DNA of 64,000 bases from an uncultured Syntrophobacteraceae bacterium (GCA_964404195.1 CAYOJC010000001.1:57940-121939), one strand, 5' to 3'; numbered from the stretch's first letter, positions 7,279 to 17,465 are shown. Numbers and translations: made by a program. The notes: generated by a model from the letters alone, not told the origin.

Positions 7279-9531
7279 ATGGATTTTCTGACGATCGGCC
7301 AGCCGGTCCCGCGCGTCGACGGCCCCGCCAAGGTGAGCGGCGCGTGCGTTTACACGGCCGACGTTCCCGGCGCGGGAACGCTGTGGGGAAAATTTTATCG
7401 CAGCCCGCTGCCGCACGCGCGCATCCTGAACGTCGATACGGGAAAAGCCAAGAAAGTTCCCGGCGTCAAAGCCGTGATCTCCGCCGGCGACGTGTCGCCG
7501 CGGCGCGAGGGCTACACGCTGCAGGACAAGCCGATCTTCGCGCGGAAAAAAGTTTTATATTGCGGGGAAAAGGTCGCGGGAGTCGCGGCCGTCGATAAGG
7601 ACGCGGCGGAAGAGGCCGTCGCGTTGATCGAAGTCGAGTACGAAGAGCTGCCGGCGGTGTTCGATCCGCTCGAGGCGATGAAACCGGAAGCGCCCCTGCT
7701 TCACCCCGACTATGCCTCCTACCTTGGGCCGCCGAGCATGGCGCCGGATCTGAAAAACGTCCAGAGCGTGATGCGCGCCGCCAAAGGCGACACCGCCAGA
7801 GGATTCGCGGAATCGGACGAGATTTTTGAAAACTCTTTTCGCACGCAGATGGTCCACCAGGGCTTCATCGAGCCGCGCGCGTGCCGGGTCGAGATCGACC
7901 GCGACGGACGGATCCAGGTCTGGTTTTGCCATCAATCGAGCTTCAAGGTCCGCCGCTGGATGGCGACGCACCTCGGAATTGCCGAGGAGAAAATCGTCGT
8001 CCATCCGGTCGCGCTCGGCGGCTCGTTCGGCGGCAAAGAAGGCTATGAGGAGGCGCTCTGCACCTATTACCTGGCCGCGGCCGCCGGCAAGCCGGTGAAA
8101 GTGGTGGATAGCTACGCCGAGGAGCTGCTCGACGGCGAGCCGCGCCACGCGGCGGTAATCCGGCTTGGCACCGGCGTGAAGCGGGACGGCCGGCTGTGGG
8201 CGTGGGAGGGAAAGATATTTTACAACGGCGGCGCCTACGCCGCGCGAAAGCCCAGCCCGAAGGCCAACATGAGCGGCACCTTCATGCTGGCGGGCTCGTA
8301 CAACATCCTGCATACGCTCATGGAAGGCTACGCGGTTTACACCAATCAAATACCGTGCGGCTACTTTCGCGCGCCGGGAGAGCCGCAGACGCTCTTCGCC
8401 GTCGAATCACACGTCGACATGATCGCCGAAACCTTGGGCATCGATCCGCTCGAGTTTCGCTTGAAGAACGTGTTGCGCGCGGGAGATACGAGGGCGACGG
8501 GGGAGCCGCTCGCCGATCCGCGCGGCGCGGAAGCGCTCAGCGAGCTGGGAAAAATTTCGGCCTGGAAAAAAACTTCTCTAAAACCGACGCGAGGCCGGAA
8601 GCTCCGCGGGCGCGGGCTCGCCCTCGGCGACCGCCACGTGGGCCACGGCGAGTCCAGCGCCGAGATTTATCTCGAGCGCGACGGCGCGGTGCGCCTCGTC
8701 ACTTCCGTGAGAGATCAGGGCGTCGGCGCTTACACGATGCATCGCCAGGTCGCGGCGGAAACGTTGGGCATCGAGCCGGAGCGCGTTCGGGTCGAGATCA
8801 AAGGGACGGCCGACGGTCCTTACGACGAGGGCGTCCGGGGCGCCCGCGGCGCGCACGTCGAAGGCCGTGCGGTGTTGCGCGCGGCCGAAAACTTAATCGC
8901 ATGTCTCCGAAAACAGGCCGCGGCGTACTGGAGAGTCGACGCCGGCAAGGTCGAGTGGCAAGCGGGCAAGGCGTGGTTGGCGAACGGCCGAAAATCCAAA
9001 AACCTCGGACTTAACGATCTGGCCCGCATGATCGAAGCGCCGCTCAAAGGCTACGGCCATTACAAGGCCGAGAAAAAACCTTCGGTCTATTCCTTTCAGG
9101 CGATCGCCGCAGACGTCGAAGTCGACGCCGAAACCGGCGCAGCGCGCGTCGCGAAGCTCTATTTTACTTACGACGTGACCAAAGTCATCAATCCGGTCAT
9201 TCACCAGGGACAGATCGACGGCGCGATCGTCCAGGGATTGGGCTATTCGTTGATGGAGGAAATGGCCGTGGACGAAGGGCGGGTGCTCACGCTGAGCCTC
9301 GGCGATTACAAGATACCCAACATCAAAGACGTTCCGCCCCTCGTCACTTCTCTGGTGCAAGCCAAAAAAGGGCCCGGACCTTTCGGCGTGAAGGCCGTGG
9401 CGGAAGCGGGCATCAGCATCGTCGCTCCCGCGATCGCCAACGCCGTTTACAACGCGACCGGCGTGAGAATCACGGAGCTGCCGGTCACGGCGGAAAAAAT
9501 TCTCGCCGGTCTGGCGCGTCTTTCTAAATGA
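7279..9531 (+). CDS. xanthine dehydrogenase-family molybdopterin-binding large subunit (copy 2)
   Basis: It is paralogous to 862..3114 (PRVDGPAKVSGACVYTADV…GYFRAPGEPQTLFAVESH). The ATG at 7279 is in frame; the track ORF was extended upstream. Confidence 0.85.
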   Translation: MDFLTIGQPVPRVDGPAKVSGACVYTADVPGAGTLWGKFYRSPLPHARILNVDTGKAKKVPGVKAVISAGDVSPRREGYTLQDKPIFARKKVLYCGEKVAGVAAVDKDAAEEAVALIEVEYEELPAVFDPLEAMKPEAPLLHPDYASYLGPPSMAPDLKNVQSVMRAAKGDTARGFAESDEIFENSFRTQMVHQGFIEPRACRVEIDRDGRIQVWFCHQSSFKVRRWMATHLGIAEEKIVVHPVALGGSFGGKEGYEEALCTYYLAAAAGKPVKVVDSYAEELLDGEPRHAAVIRLGTGVKRDGRLWAWEGKIFYNGGAYAARKPSPKANMSGTFMLAGSYNILHTLMEGYAVYTNQIPCGYFRAPGEPQTLFAVESHVDMIAETLGIDPLEFRLKNVLRAGDTRATGEPLADPRGAEALSELGKISAWKKTSLKPTRGRKLRGRGLALGDRHVGHGESSAEIYLERDGAVRLVTSVRDQGVGAYTMHRQVAAETLGIEPERVRVEIKGTADGPYDEGVRGARGAHVEGRAVLRAAENLIACLRKQAAAYWRVDAGKVEWQAGKAWLANGRKSKNLGLNDLARMIEAPLKGYGHYKAEKKPSVYSFQAIAADVEVDAETGAARVAKLYFTYDVTKVINPVIHQGQIDGAIVQGLGYSLMEEMAVDEGRVLTLSLGDYKIPNIKDVPPLVTSLVQAKKGPGPFGVKAVAEAGISIVAPAIANAVYNATGVRITELPVTAEKILAGLARLSK

Positions 9532-10589
9532 ACATGGCGGTCCTTAAACCCGAAGAGCATGAGCGGATGGTGATGGAGTCGGTCCGCTTCGCCAAGGAAG
9601 AAGCGAAGCGGCGGCAACAGGCACCGGTGCAGATCAAGGCCGAGGAGATCCGCGCGCAGTTCGAAACGAATTCCCATCTCTATCTCGTCGATCCGCGGTT
9701 GGGCTTCAATCACCGGACGTTTCGCTTCTGGATCAACCGCATCCCCGCGGGCGAGGAAGAGGGGATGGGCTGGAAGACGCTCGGCCACCGCCACACGGTC
9801 GAGGCGGTGCTCCACGTGCTGCAAGGAACCGGCCACAGCATCGTCGACGGCGCGCGCTACGACTGGGCGCCGGGCGATTTTATCAGCGTGCCGATGTTTT
9901 CCTGGCACCGCCACGTGAACACCGGCGACGAAGATTTTATTTATCTGGCGGCGACCACCGGCCCGCTGTCGTTGTCTCTCGGATTGGCGGTCTACGAAGA
10001 CGAGCGGTATCCGGACTATTGGGTCTTCGGCCACAAGAGCGAGAGCGCGATGAAGTCGCTGATCCCCGGCGCGGACGACAGCACGCGCGTGCGCACTGCC
10101 GAGGAGGCGTCGCGGGAGCCGCTGAGCCCGACGGACGCCTATTACCGGCAGCACCTGTTGTTTTCCGGCGGCGAGGAGAAGCGCCGCCGCCAAAGCCGGG
10201 TGCTGGTGAAAGGGGCTCAAGTCGATTTCGAAAAGACCGCCATGGGACGCGTCCGTTATGTGATCGATCCGCGGACGGGCTTTCTCATGCGCGTCCTGGG
10301 GACGCTGTTGGCCGAGATCTCTCCGGGAAAACGCTCCGGCGCGCACCGGCATATGTACGAAGAGGTGAATTATGTCCTTTCAGGGCGCGGCTACAGCCTG
10401 ATCGAAGATCGGAGATACGACTGGGCGGCAGGCGACGTTCTTTGTATTCCGGTCTTCGGTTGGCATCAGCACTTCAACACCGGCAAGGAGCCGGCGCGGC
10501 TGTTGGTCCATCACAACCGGCCGCTGATGGAAAATCTGGGCTTCATGCACGTCGAACAAGGCGAAGAAGCAGAGGAGGAATCCTTATGA
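9528..10589 (+). CDS. bicupin dioxygenase, gentisate 1,2-dioxygenase-like
   Basis: Two cupin modules each carry His motifs (GHRHTVEAVLHVLQGTG…SWHRHVN and GAHRHMYEEVNYVLSGRG…GWHQHFN). The start ATG overlaps the XDH stop (ATGA). Confidence 0.7.
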   Translation: MNMAVLKPEEHERMVMESVRFAKEEAKRRQQAPVQIKAEEIRAQFETNSHLYLVDPRLGFNHRTFRFWINRIPAGEEEGMGWKTLGHRHTVEAVLHVLQGTGHSIVDGARYDWAPGDFISVPMFSWHRHVNTGDEDFIYLAATTGPLSLSLGLAVYEDERYPDYWVFGHKSESAMKSLIPGADDSTRVRTAEEASREPLSPTDAYYRQHLLFSGGEEKRRRQSRVLVKGAQVDFEKTAMGRVRYVIDPRTGFLMRVLGTLLAEISPGKRSGAHRHMYEEVNYVLSGRGYSLIEDRRYDWAAGDVLCIPVFGWHQHFNTGKEPARLLVHHNRPLMENLGFMHVEQGEEAEEESL

Positions 10590-11572
10590 GACGGACTCTA
10601 TACGTCGGCTTGCTGGCGTTGTGTTTTCTCCCGCAGCAGGTTCTTGCGGCGGAACGGGCCCTGCGCGTCTCCTATCCGTCTCCCGCCACCGTTTACCTGC
10701 CGCTCTGGGCGGCGAAAGAGGCGGGCTTTTTCGCCAAGCACAAGCTGGCCGTAGAACTGGTCCATGTGGGATCGTCGCCCATATCCCTCTCGGCTTTCCT
10801 GGCCGGTGAGATCGATATCCTGGGCGGCGGCGGCTCGGCCGTACCCAACGCGTTTCTTCAGGGTTTCCGCGATCTCCAGTTTTTCGCCTCCATGAACAAC
10901 AAGTTTGTCTTCTCGATCTATGCCCATCCGTCCATTTCAACCGCGGCGGAGCTTCGCGGCAAGAAGATCGGCGTGACGCGCCTGGGCGGCACGATGCACT
11001 TTGCCACTCGGTATTACCTCAAAGGGACGGGACTCGATCCTTACAAAGATGTCACGCTGGTGCAGGTCGGGAGGGCCGAAGACATCGTCACGGCGCTAGC
11101 GGGAGGGACCGTCGATGCGGGCACCATGTCTTTTCCGTTCGATCTCAAGACCAAGGAGTTGGGATACCGCGAGCTTGCCGATCTGAGCCAGAGCGGCGCG
11201 CGCTACGCGTCGTCCTCCTTTCTCGGCAAAAAACAGTTTCTTTTGGACAACCGTCTGCGCTTGGAAAGTTTTGTCAAGGCGATGATCGAGGCGATCCATT
11301 TCGTCAAGAGCCGGCCCCAGGAGGCAATAAAAATCCTCTCCCGCTATACCCGCCTTACCGACGTCAATACTCTCAAGAGCACCTTAGACCTTCACGTCGC
11401 AAAGATCTGGCCGCGAGTGCCTGAGATACAGCCGGAGGATCTCAAGCTGGTACTCGAAGAGCTGGGCGAAAGAAACCCCCGCGCGCGCGAGATCGCGCCG
11501 GCCGAGCTGATCCACGACCGGATCGTGAGGGATGTCGTCCAATCGGGCTTTGTCGAGCAGTTGTACAGATAG
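10586..11572 (+). CDS. periplasmic substrate-binding protein, NMT1/THI5-like (NitT/TauT SsuA/TauA family), copy 1
   Basis: Signal peptide MRRTLYVGLLALCFLPQQVLAA, then LRVSYPSPATVYLPLWAAKEAGFF. GAGGAGG RBS. The start overlaps the bicupin stop (ATGA). The track ORF 10019.. is an antisense-free upstream extension. Confidence 0.75.
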   Translation: MRRTLYVGLLALCFLPQQVLAAERALRVSYPSPATVYLPLWAAKEAGFFAKHKLAVELVHVGSSPISLSAFLAGEIDILGGGGSAVPNAFLQGFRDLQFFASMNNKFVFSIYAHPSISTAAELRGKKIGVTRLGGTMHFATRYYLKGTGLDPYKDVTLVQVGRAEDIVTALAGGTVDAGTMSFPFDLKTKELGYRELADLSQSGARYASSSFLGKKQFLLDNRLRLESFVKAMIEAIHFVKSRPQEAIKILSRYTRLTDVNTLKSTLDLHVAKIWPRVPEIQPEDLKLVLEELGERNPRAREIAPAELIHDRIVRDVVQSGFVEQLYR

Positions 11573-11595
11573 AAGGGGGTCGTGAAAAGCTGGCC

Positions 11596-13038
11596 ATGAA
11601 CACGGATCTGCGAGACTGGATCGTTGCGGTACAAGCCACCGGTGAGATCAAGACGCTCAGCGGCGCAGACTGGAACAGAGAGATCGGCACGCTGGTTGAG
11701 CTCAACGCCAAGGCGCGTGGGCCGGCCCTGCTCTTCGACGAGATCAGGGGCTACCCGGCGGGCTTCAGGCTGCTGGCCGGGGCGATGTCGAGCGCCAGAA
11801 GACTCGCCCTGACGCTTGGGCTTCCGCCCGATCTCGATGGGCTCGAACTCATCCGTTGCATGAAAGACAGCATGCGCGGCTGGAACGACCGCCTGGGTGA
11901 TTTTCCGCCGGTAGAGGTTCAAAGCGGCGTCGTCTTTGAAAACGTGGATGCCGAGGAAAAGACCAATCTGTTAAAGTTTCCATCCCCGCTTTGGCACGAA
12001 GAGGACGGCGGGCGCTATATCGGCACAGGCTCGGTTGCCATCATGCGAGACCCGGAAAGCGGCTGGATCAATCTAGGCACCTACAGGATCATGGTTCACG
12101 ATGAAAAGAGCGCCGGCATCTTCATGGCACCCGGCCACCATGGCGGAATCATCATGAAGAAATACTGGAAAGCGGGCAAACCCTGCCCGATTGCCGTCTC
12201 CGCCGGCCATCACCCGCTGATTTTTTTTGCCGGATCTTCTTCGCTTCCCGCGGAGACTTCGGAATACAACTACGTCGGTTCCATTCTGAAGGAGTCGGTG
12301 CCGGTCGTGATGGGACCCGTCACCGGGCTTCCGATTCCGGCCTACAGCGAAGTCGCATTCGAAGGCCACCTTTTTCCCGACGAAATGAAAACCGAGGGAA
12401 TATTCGGCGAATGGCCCGGCTACTACGTGAGCGAGGCCAAGCCGGAGCCGGTCATCCGGGTCAAGGCCGTGTATCACCGAAACGATCCGATTCTGCTCGG
12501 CGCCTGGCCCGGAAAACCACCCCACGACAGCACTTACCGAAACTCGATCATAAAGTCTGCAAGCCTTTGGGAGCTTCTCGAACGAGCGCGCATTCATGGC
12601 GTCACCGGCGTTTATCGCCCGGAGGCCGGGAGCGCAAATCTTTTGACGATCGTCAGGATCAAGCAGCTCTACGACGGCCACGCCCGCCAGGTGGGAACCG
12701 TAGCTTCGCAGCTTCTCCATCCGTCACATTCCACCCGCTATGTCATCGTCGTCGATGACGGCCTCGACATCACCAATCTTGAGGAGGTGATGTGGGCGGT
12801 CTGCACGCGCAGCGACCCGGCGCGCTCGATCGCCATCATTGACCAGACCCACGCCAACGCTCTCGACCCGATGGTTCGCTCACGCTATGACAAAGCGGCC
12901 GGCAACACGGCTTCCTGCGCGATCATCGACGCCTGCTGGCCCTACCGCGCGCTTGCCAAAGTCCCCAAGGTCGCAGAGTCGAGCGAGGAGTTTAAAAAAC
13001 AGGTCAAAGCCAAGTGGAGAGGAAAACTGTCTCTGTAA
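11596..13038 (+). CDS. UbiD-family decarboxylase (copy 3)
   Basis: 480 aa. GPALLFDEIRGYPAGFR and a UbiD-like C-terminus (VIVVDDGLDITNLEEVMWAV). Confidence 0.85.
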   Translation: MNTDLRDWIVAVQATGEIKTLSGADWNREIGTLVELNAKARGPALLFDEIRGYPAGFRLLAGAMSSARRLALTLGLPPDLDGLELIRCMKDSMRGWNDRLGDFPPVEVQSGVVFENVDAEEKTNLLKFPSPLWHEEDGGRYIGTGSVAIMRDPESGWINLGTYRIMVHDEKSAGIFMAPGHHGGIIMKKYWKAGKPCPIAVSAGHHPLIFFAGSSSLPAETSEYNYVGSILKESVPVVMGPVTGLPIPAYSEVAFEGHLFPDEMKTEGIFGEWPGYYVSEAKPEPVIRVKAVYHRNDPILLGAWPGKPPHDSTYRNSIIKSASLWELLERARIHGVTGVYRPEAGSANLLTIVRIKQLYDGHARQVGTVASQLLHPSHSTRYVIVVDDGLDITNLEEVMWAVCTRSDPARSIAIIDQTHANALDPMVRSRYDKAAGNTASCAIIDACWPYRALAKVPKVAESSEEFKKQVKAKWRGKLSL

Positions 13039-13052
13039 GCCGTTCTTTTTTA

Positions 13053-14246
13053 TCAGGTATGTTCTTTCTGGAGGAACCAATCGGTGGGGATCTCGTGGCC
13101 CAGCTCCAGGCGACGCGCGCCGGCGAGAATCCGCGCGCCGGTCGCCGCATGCTGGATGCCGAGGCCGATGTTGTTACAGTGAAAGGTGATCTCATCGTCC
13201 TTTCTCCTACCCTTGATTTTTCCCGTCAGCAGCTCGCCGAGCTCGTGCATCGAGGCCCAGTCGAGCTGCCGCGATTTTTTGTTGATGTTGCTCCCGACCG
13301 TATCCATCTTCTTCCCCATGACGAAGTCGCGCACCAGATCGCTCCCGCCGGAGAAGGGGCGCGCGTTGACGACGATGAGATCGCTGATCTTAAAGCTCGC
13401 CGCGTCCGCCTCGACGATGTTGATGCTGCCGAAATGCGCGCCTTCCTCGATCCAGCGCGCGCGAAAGACCGGCGTCAGAGAGGTCGTGGCGCTCAACACA
13501 ATTTCCGAACCGGGGCAAACGTCTTGCGGCTTATCGACTGGAACGATCTCGATTCCCGTGGCCCGCTCCATGCTGGCGGCGAAGGCTTTGCGGTGGCCGG
13601 CGTTGGGGCTGAACACTTTGACGCGCTTAAGCTTTCTCACCAGAGCGGCCGCCATCACCTGGCCCTCGGCCTGGAAACCAGTGCCAAAAAGGCCCAGCGT
13701 CTGAGCCTCCTTTCGCGCCAGGTGCTTGATCCCGACGGCGGAAGTCGCCGCCACGCGGTTTCTCTGCAGCGGTCCGAGCGGCAGAATGGCGAGCAGCTCG
13801 CCGCTTACGATATCGAAGAGAAGCATCATGCCCGTGTAGCGCCAGCCCGATCCAAGTGGCAGCTTTACGCTCCGCTTGACGCCGTTGACGACGGGGTTGG
13901 TGTCCGTCGTCGAGTCGATTTTCAGCGCCATGATGCCGCACTTCGGATAGCCGCCCGGAATGGTCTTGAGCCGATAGTTCAGCTCCTCGGTTCGCTTGGC
14001 GGCGCGAACCCACAGAGGGGACTGATGCGGATCGGCGTCGACCGGGAGATCGCGCAGCAGTTTCTTTGCCTTTCGGCTGACCTCAGCGGAAGCGCCGTAT
14101 TTGAGAAGCGGAATGCCGGTCTCGGTGCGCGGCGCGTTGATCGCCGCTCCTTTGCCCAACTCCGTGAAGGCCTCTTCCATCGCCTCGATGTAGCCCTTGA
14201 GATCCAGGGCCCGCAGGACCTCTTCCGTATTCAAGACCAGCGTCAT
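13053..14246 (-). CDS. ornithine cyclodeaminase/mu-crystallin family protein
   Basis: Rossmann motif LGLFGTGFQAEGQV and OCD-family architecture (~397 aa). It is the only minus-strand gene in the first 25 kb. The overlapping + ORF 13014..14390 is an R-rich artefact. Confidence 0.75.
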   Translation of the reverse strand: MTLVLNTEEVLRALDLKGYIEAMEEAFTELGKGAAINAPRTETGIPLLKYGASAEVSRKAKKLLRDLPVDADPHQSPLWVRAAKRTEELNYRLKTIPGGYPKCGIMALKIDSTTDTNPVVNGVKRSVKLPLGSGWRYTGMMLLFDIVSGELLAILPLGPLQRNRVAATSAVGIKHLARKEAQTLGLFGTGFQAEGQVMAAALVRKLKRVKVFSPNAGHRKAFAASMERATGIEIVPVDKPQDVCPGSEIVLSATTSLTPVFRARWIEEGAHFGSINIVEADAASFKISDLIVVNARPFSGGSDLVRDFVMGKKMDTVGSNINKKSRQLDWASMHELGELLTGKIKGRRKDDEITFHCNNIGLGIQHAATGARILAGARRLELGHEIPTDWFLQKEHT

Positions 14247-14352
14247 TTTGCCCCCGCCGGACGATTTTCCCGGTTTAAGATTTTTTCGTTTTCGCCGACC
14301 GGCTTTTTTATAGGCCAGCCTGGTCGGAAAGACAACCGATCTATTGACCGAT

Positions 14353-14428
14353 GCCGGCGCGGCTGTTGGTCCATCACAACCGGCCGCTGATGGAAAATCT
14401 GGGATTCATGCACGTCGAACAAGGCGAA
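14353..14428 (+). repeat. 76-bp remnant of the bicupin 3' end (75/76 identical to 10491-10566)
   Basis: Direct comparison of gccggcgcggctgttggtccatcacaaccggccgctgatggaaaatctggg[c/a]ttcatgcacgtcgaacaaggcgaa. It lies immediately upstream of NMT1-like SBP copy 2, in the same position as the intact bicupin relative to copy 1. Confidence 0.8.
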
Positions 14429-14435
14429 TCGAGCG

Positions 14436-15431
14436 ATGATTAAAATAACATTGTTTTTGCTCTACATGATTTTTCTACTCGCGCGCGCGGATATCTCCCT
14501 CGCGCAGAAGCGGCCGCTGCGGGCTTCTTATCCGGCGCCGACCACCGTGTATCTCCCTCTTTGGGTCGCCAAGGACGCAGGTTTTTTCACCAAGCAGGGC
14601 GTCGATGTCGAGCTGGTTCACGTCGGTTCTTCTCCGATCGCCATGGCCGCGTTTTTGGCCGGGGAGATCGACATCCTGGGCGGCGGCGGCTCGAGCGGCC
14701 CCAATGCCTATCTCAGGGGACAGCGCGACCTGGCGTTTTTCGTTTCGATGAACAACAAATTTGTCTTTTCCATCTATGGCCCACCGACGATGGCGAATCT
14801 GTCCGCCGTGCGCGGCAAGCGCATCGGCGTGACGCGCTTCGGCGGGACCATGGACTTCGCCACGCGCCATTTCCTGCGGCTCAGCGGGCTCGATCCCGCG
14901 CGCGACGTGGCGATGGTCCAGGTCGGCAGGGTGCAGGATATTCTGTCGGCGATGGCGGCGGGCTCGGTGGACGTCGGCACGATGGCGTTTCCCTACGATA
15001 TTAAAGCGAGGGAGAGCGGCTATCGCGAGCTCGCCGATCTCGCGCAGAGCGGAGCGCGTTACGCTTCGTCGTCTTTTTTGGGGAAGCGGCAATTTCTCGC
15101 GCAGCAGAAGCCCCGCATCGAGTCGTTCGTGCGTGGACTGATCGAGGCGATTCACTTTATCCGGACGCGGCGCGACGAAGGCATAAAAATTCTCGCGCGC
15201 TATACGCGCATGTCGGATATGAACATCCTGCAGCAGACCTACGATTTCCACAGCAGGGTGATCTGGCCCCGGGTGCCGGAGCTGCAGCCCGAGGATCTGA
15301 AGCTCGTCCTGGAAGAACTGGCGGACGCCAACCCCAAGGCGCGCGAGATCGATCCCGCGGAGCTGATTTACGGCGCCGCAATAAAAGACGTGGTCGCGAG
15401 CGGATTCGTCGAGAAGCTTTATGCGCGGTGA
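14436..15431 (+). CDS. NMT1/THI5-like periplasmic substrate-binding protein, copy 2
   Basis: Paralog of 10586..11572 (LRASYPAPTTVYLPLWVAKDAGFF…GGGGSSGPNAY). Confidence 0.75.
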   Translation: MIKITLFLLYMIFLLARADISLAQKRPLRASYPAPTTVYLPLWVAKDAGFFTKQGVDVELVHVGSSPIAMAAFLAGEIDILGGGGSSGPNAYLRGQRDLAFFVSMNNKFVFSIYGPPTMANLSAVRGKRIGVTRFGGTMDFATRHFLRLSGLDPARDVAMVQVGRVQDILSAMAAGSVDVGTMAFPYDIKARESGYRELADLAQSGARYASSSFLGKRQFLAQQKPRIESFVRGLIEAIHFIRTRRDEGIKILARYTRMSDMNILQQTYDFHSRVIWPRVPELQPEDLKLVLEELADANPKAREIDPAELIYGAAIKDVVASGFVEKLYAR

Positions 15432-16430
15432 GTTAAAGAAGGGCCCGCGAATCGCCTGGCTGCTTCTCTTGATCTGGATCGGGCCGATTCCAGCGAACGG
15501 CGCCGTTGCGCCGGCGCCGCTGCGGGTTTCGTACCCGGCGCCGACGGCTTCTCAGCTTCCTCTCTGGGTGGCCAAAGAATGGAAATTTTTCGACAAACAC
15601 GGCGTAGGCGTCGAGCTCGTCTACGTCGGCTCGTCGTCCATCGCCATCGCCGCGCTCTTAGCGGGAATCTGGACGTCGTCGCCGGCGGCGGGGTCGGCGG
15701 CATCGCCTCTTACCTGCAGGGCTATCGCGACCTGGCGCTCTTCGCCAGCTTGAACAACCGCTTGAATTTTTTCGTCTACGCGCATCCCTCGATCACAGAT
15801 CCGTCCGGACTTCGCGGCAAGCGGTTCGGCGTCAGCCGCTTCGGCGGCGTCGGCGATTTCGCGGCGCGTTATTTCTTGAAGCGCTCGGGTCTCGATCCGC
15901 GTAAGGACCTGGCCATGATCCAGGTGGGCAGCCAGTTGGAATTGACTCCGGCGCTGGCGCGCGGCGCCGTCGACGCGGGCACCGTATCGGTGCCGCAGAA
16001 CTTTGCAGCCAAGAAGCTGGGCTATCGAGAGCTGGCCGACTTGACGCAGAGCGGCGCGCGATACGCCTCGAACGCTTTTTTGGCCAAGAAGCAATTCCTC
16101 ATCGACAACAGAGCGCGCATGGAAACTTTCCTGCGGGCCGTGATCGAATCGATCCATTTCATTAAAACGCGCCGGCCGGAGGCTTTGAGCGTCCTCGCCC
16201 GTTATACGAGAACGAACGACACGGAAGCTTTGGGTTTGATTTACGACGAATACGTCCACAAGGTCTGGCCGCAGATCCCTGGAATCGAGCCCGAAGATTT
16301 GAAGGCGGTCTTTGAACAGCTGGGGGAAACCAATCCTAAAGCGCTGGAAGTCAATCCCGCCGAGCTGGTGTACGCGCCGCTCATGGATAATGTGGTCAAG
16401 TCGGGTTTTGTGAAGGAACTTTACCGCTGA
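15421..16430 (+). pseudogene. NMT1/THI5-like substrate-binding protein, copy 3, disrupted by a -1 frameshift near 15666
   Basis: Frame 1 (15421..15753) carries the N-terminus and frame 3 (15579..16430) the rest. Restoring one A in gggaa(a)tctg gives LLAGNLDVVAGGGVGGIASYLQGYRDL, which is collinear with the paralogs. This may be a true pseudogene or a homopolymer sequencing error. Confidence 0.6.
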
Positions 16431-17434
16431 TGGGAAGAACGCGAGTCATCGCCGCGATCATTTTTGCTTGGATCGCGATTGCCGCGGGCGGCGCGAGCGG
16501 CGCCGCTGCGCCGGCTTCTCTGCGCATCGCCTACCCGGCGCCGACCGCTTCTTTTCTTCCGCTCTGGACGGCCCAGGACGCAGGGTTTTTCAAGAAGCAC
16601 GATCTCGCGGTGGAAGTGATCCGGGTCGGATCCTCGACCCGCGGCATGGCCGCTTTGCTCGCGGGCCAGATCGACGTGCTCGCGGGCGGCGGCACCGGCG
16701 GCCTGGTGGCGCAGTTGCAAGGCTTCACCGATCTCGCGGTCTTCGGCACCAACGTGCATACTTGGGTGTTTTCGGTCTACACGGCGCCGTCGATCAAAGA
16801 CGTCGCGCAGCTCCGCGGCAAGAAGTTGGGCGTGACCCGGTTCGGCGGGACTATGGATTTCGCGGCGCGCCACTTTCTCAAAGGACAGGGGTTAGAGCCG
16901 GGGAAGGACGTCGTTCTGGTTCAGCTCGGCAGCGCGGCGGACATCGTCACCGCTTTGGCCAACGGAGTCGTCGATTCCGGGATGATGTCGGTCCCTTATG
17001 TGTTCGTCGCAAAAAGGTTGGGACTCCGGGAGCTGACCGATCTCTCCCAAACCGGGATACGCTACGCGCAGGCGGCGCTGGTTGCGAAGAGAAGTTTTCT
17101 GCGCGACAAACGGGAAGTTGTGACTCGGTTTATCAAGTCGCAGATCGAGGCGATTCATTTTTTAAAGACGCGTCCGGCCGACGGCATGCGCGTCCTGGGC
17201 CGCTATACGCGAACCGATGACGAGGAAATTTTGAAGCAGGCGTACCATTACCACGTGGACCGGCTGCTCTCGCGCGTTCCCGACATTCATCCGGACGATG
17301 TCAGATTATTGTTGGAGGAAGCCGCGCTCACCAATCTCAAAGCCAAGGGCGCGAATCCGCAGGATTTCATCGACGAGGGACCGGTGCGCGAAGTCGTGCG
17401 CTCCGGCTTCGTCGAGCAGCTTTACAAGAAATAA
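16430..17434 (+). CDS. NMT1/THI5-like periplasmic substrate-binding protein, copy 4
   Basis: LRIAYPAPTASFLPLWTAQDAGFF. The start overlaps the copy-3 stop (TGATG). Confidence 0.75.
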   Translation: MGRTRVIAAIIFAWIAIAAGGASGAAAPASLRIAYPAPTASFLPLWTAQDAGFFKKHDLAVEVIRVGSSTRGMAALLAGQIDVLAGGGTGGLVAQLQGFTDLAVFGTNVHTWVFSVYTAPSIKDVAQLRGKKLGVTRFGGTMDFAARHFLKGQGLEPGKDVVLVQLGSAADIVTALANGVVDSGMMSVPYVFVAKRLGLRELTDLSQTGIRYAQAALVAKRSFLRDKREVVTRFIKSQIEAIHFLKTRPADGMRVLGRYTRTDDEEILKQAYHYHVDRLLSRVPDIHPDDVRLLLEEAALTNLKAKGANPQDFIDEGPVREVVRSGFVEQLYKK

Positions 17435-17465
17435 CTTTGCGCGGGTAGTTTCCGAGGAGGAGACC

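Noticed and set aside
10019-10585. Upstream 189-codon extension of the NMT1-like SBP ORF. The same applies to 2912-3148, 7192-7278, 17298-17465, 27012-27428 and 28590-28634.
   Set aside because: The extensions overlap the preceding genes in another frame and have no RBS. The internal starts give proper signal peptides and Shine-Dalgarno spacing.
15421-15753. Treating the two halves of SBP copy 3 as two separate small genes.
   Set aside because: Both halves are collinear with the intact paralogs, and a single-nucleotide frame correction restores one full-length protein.
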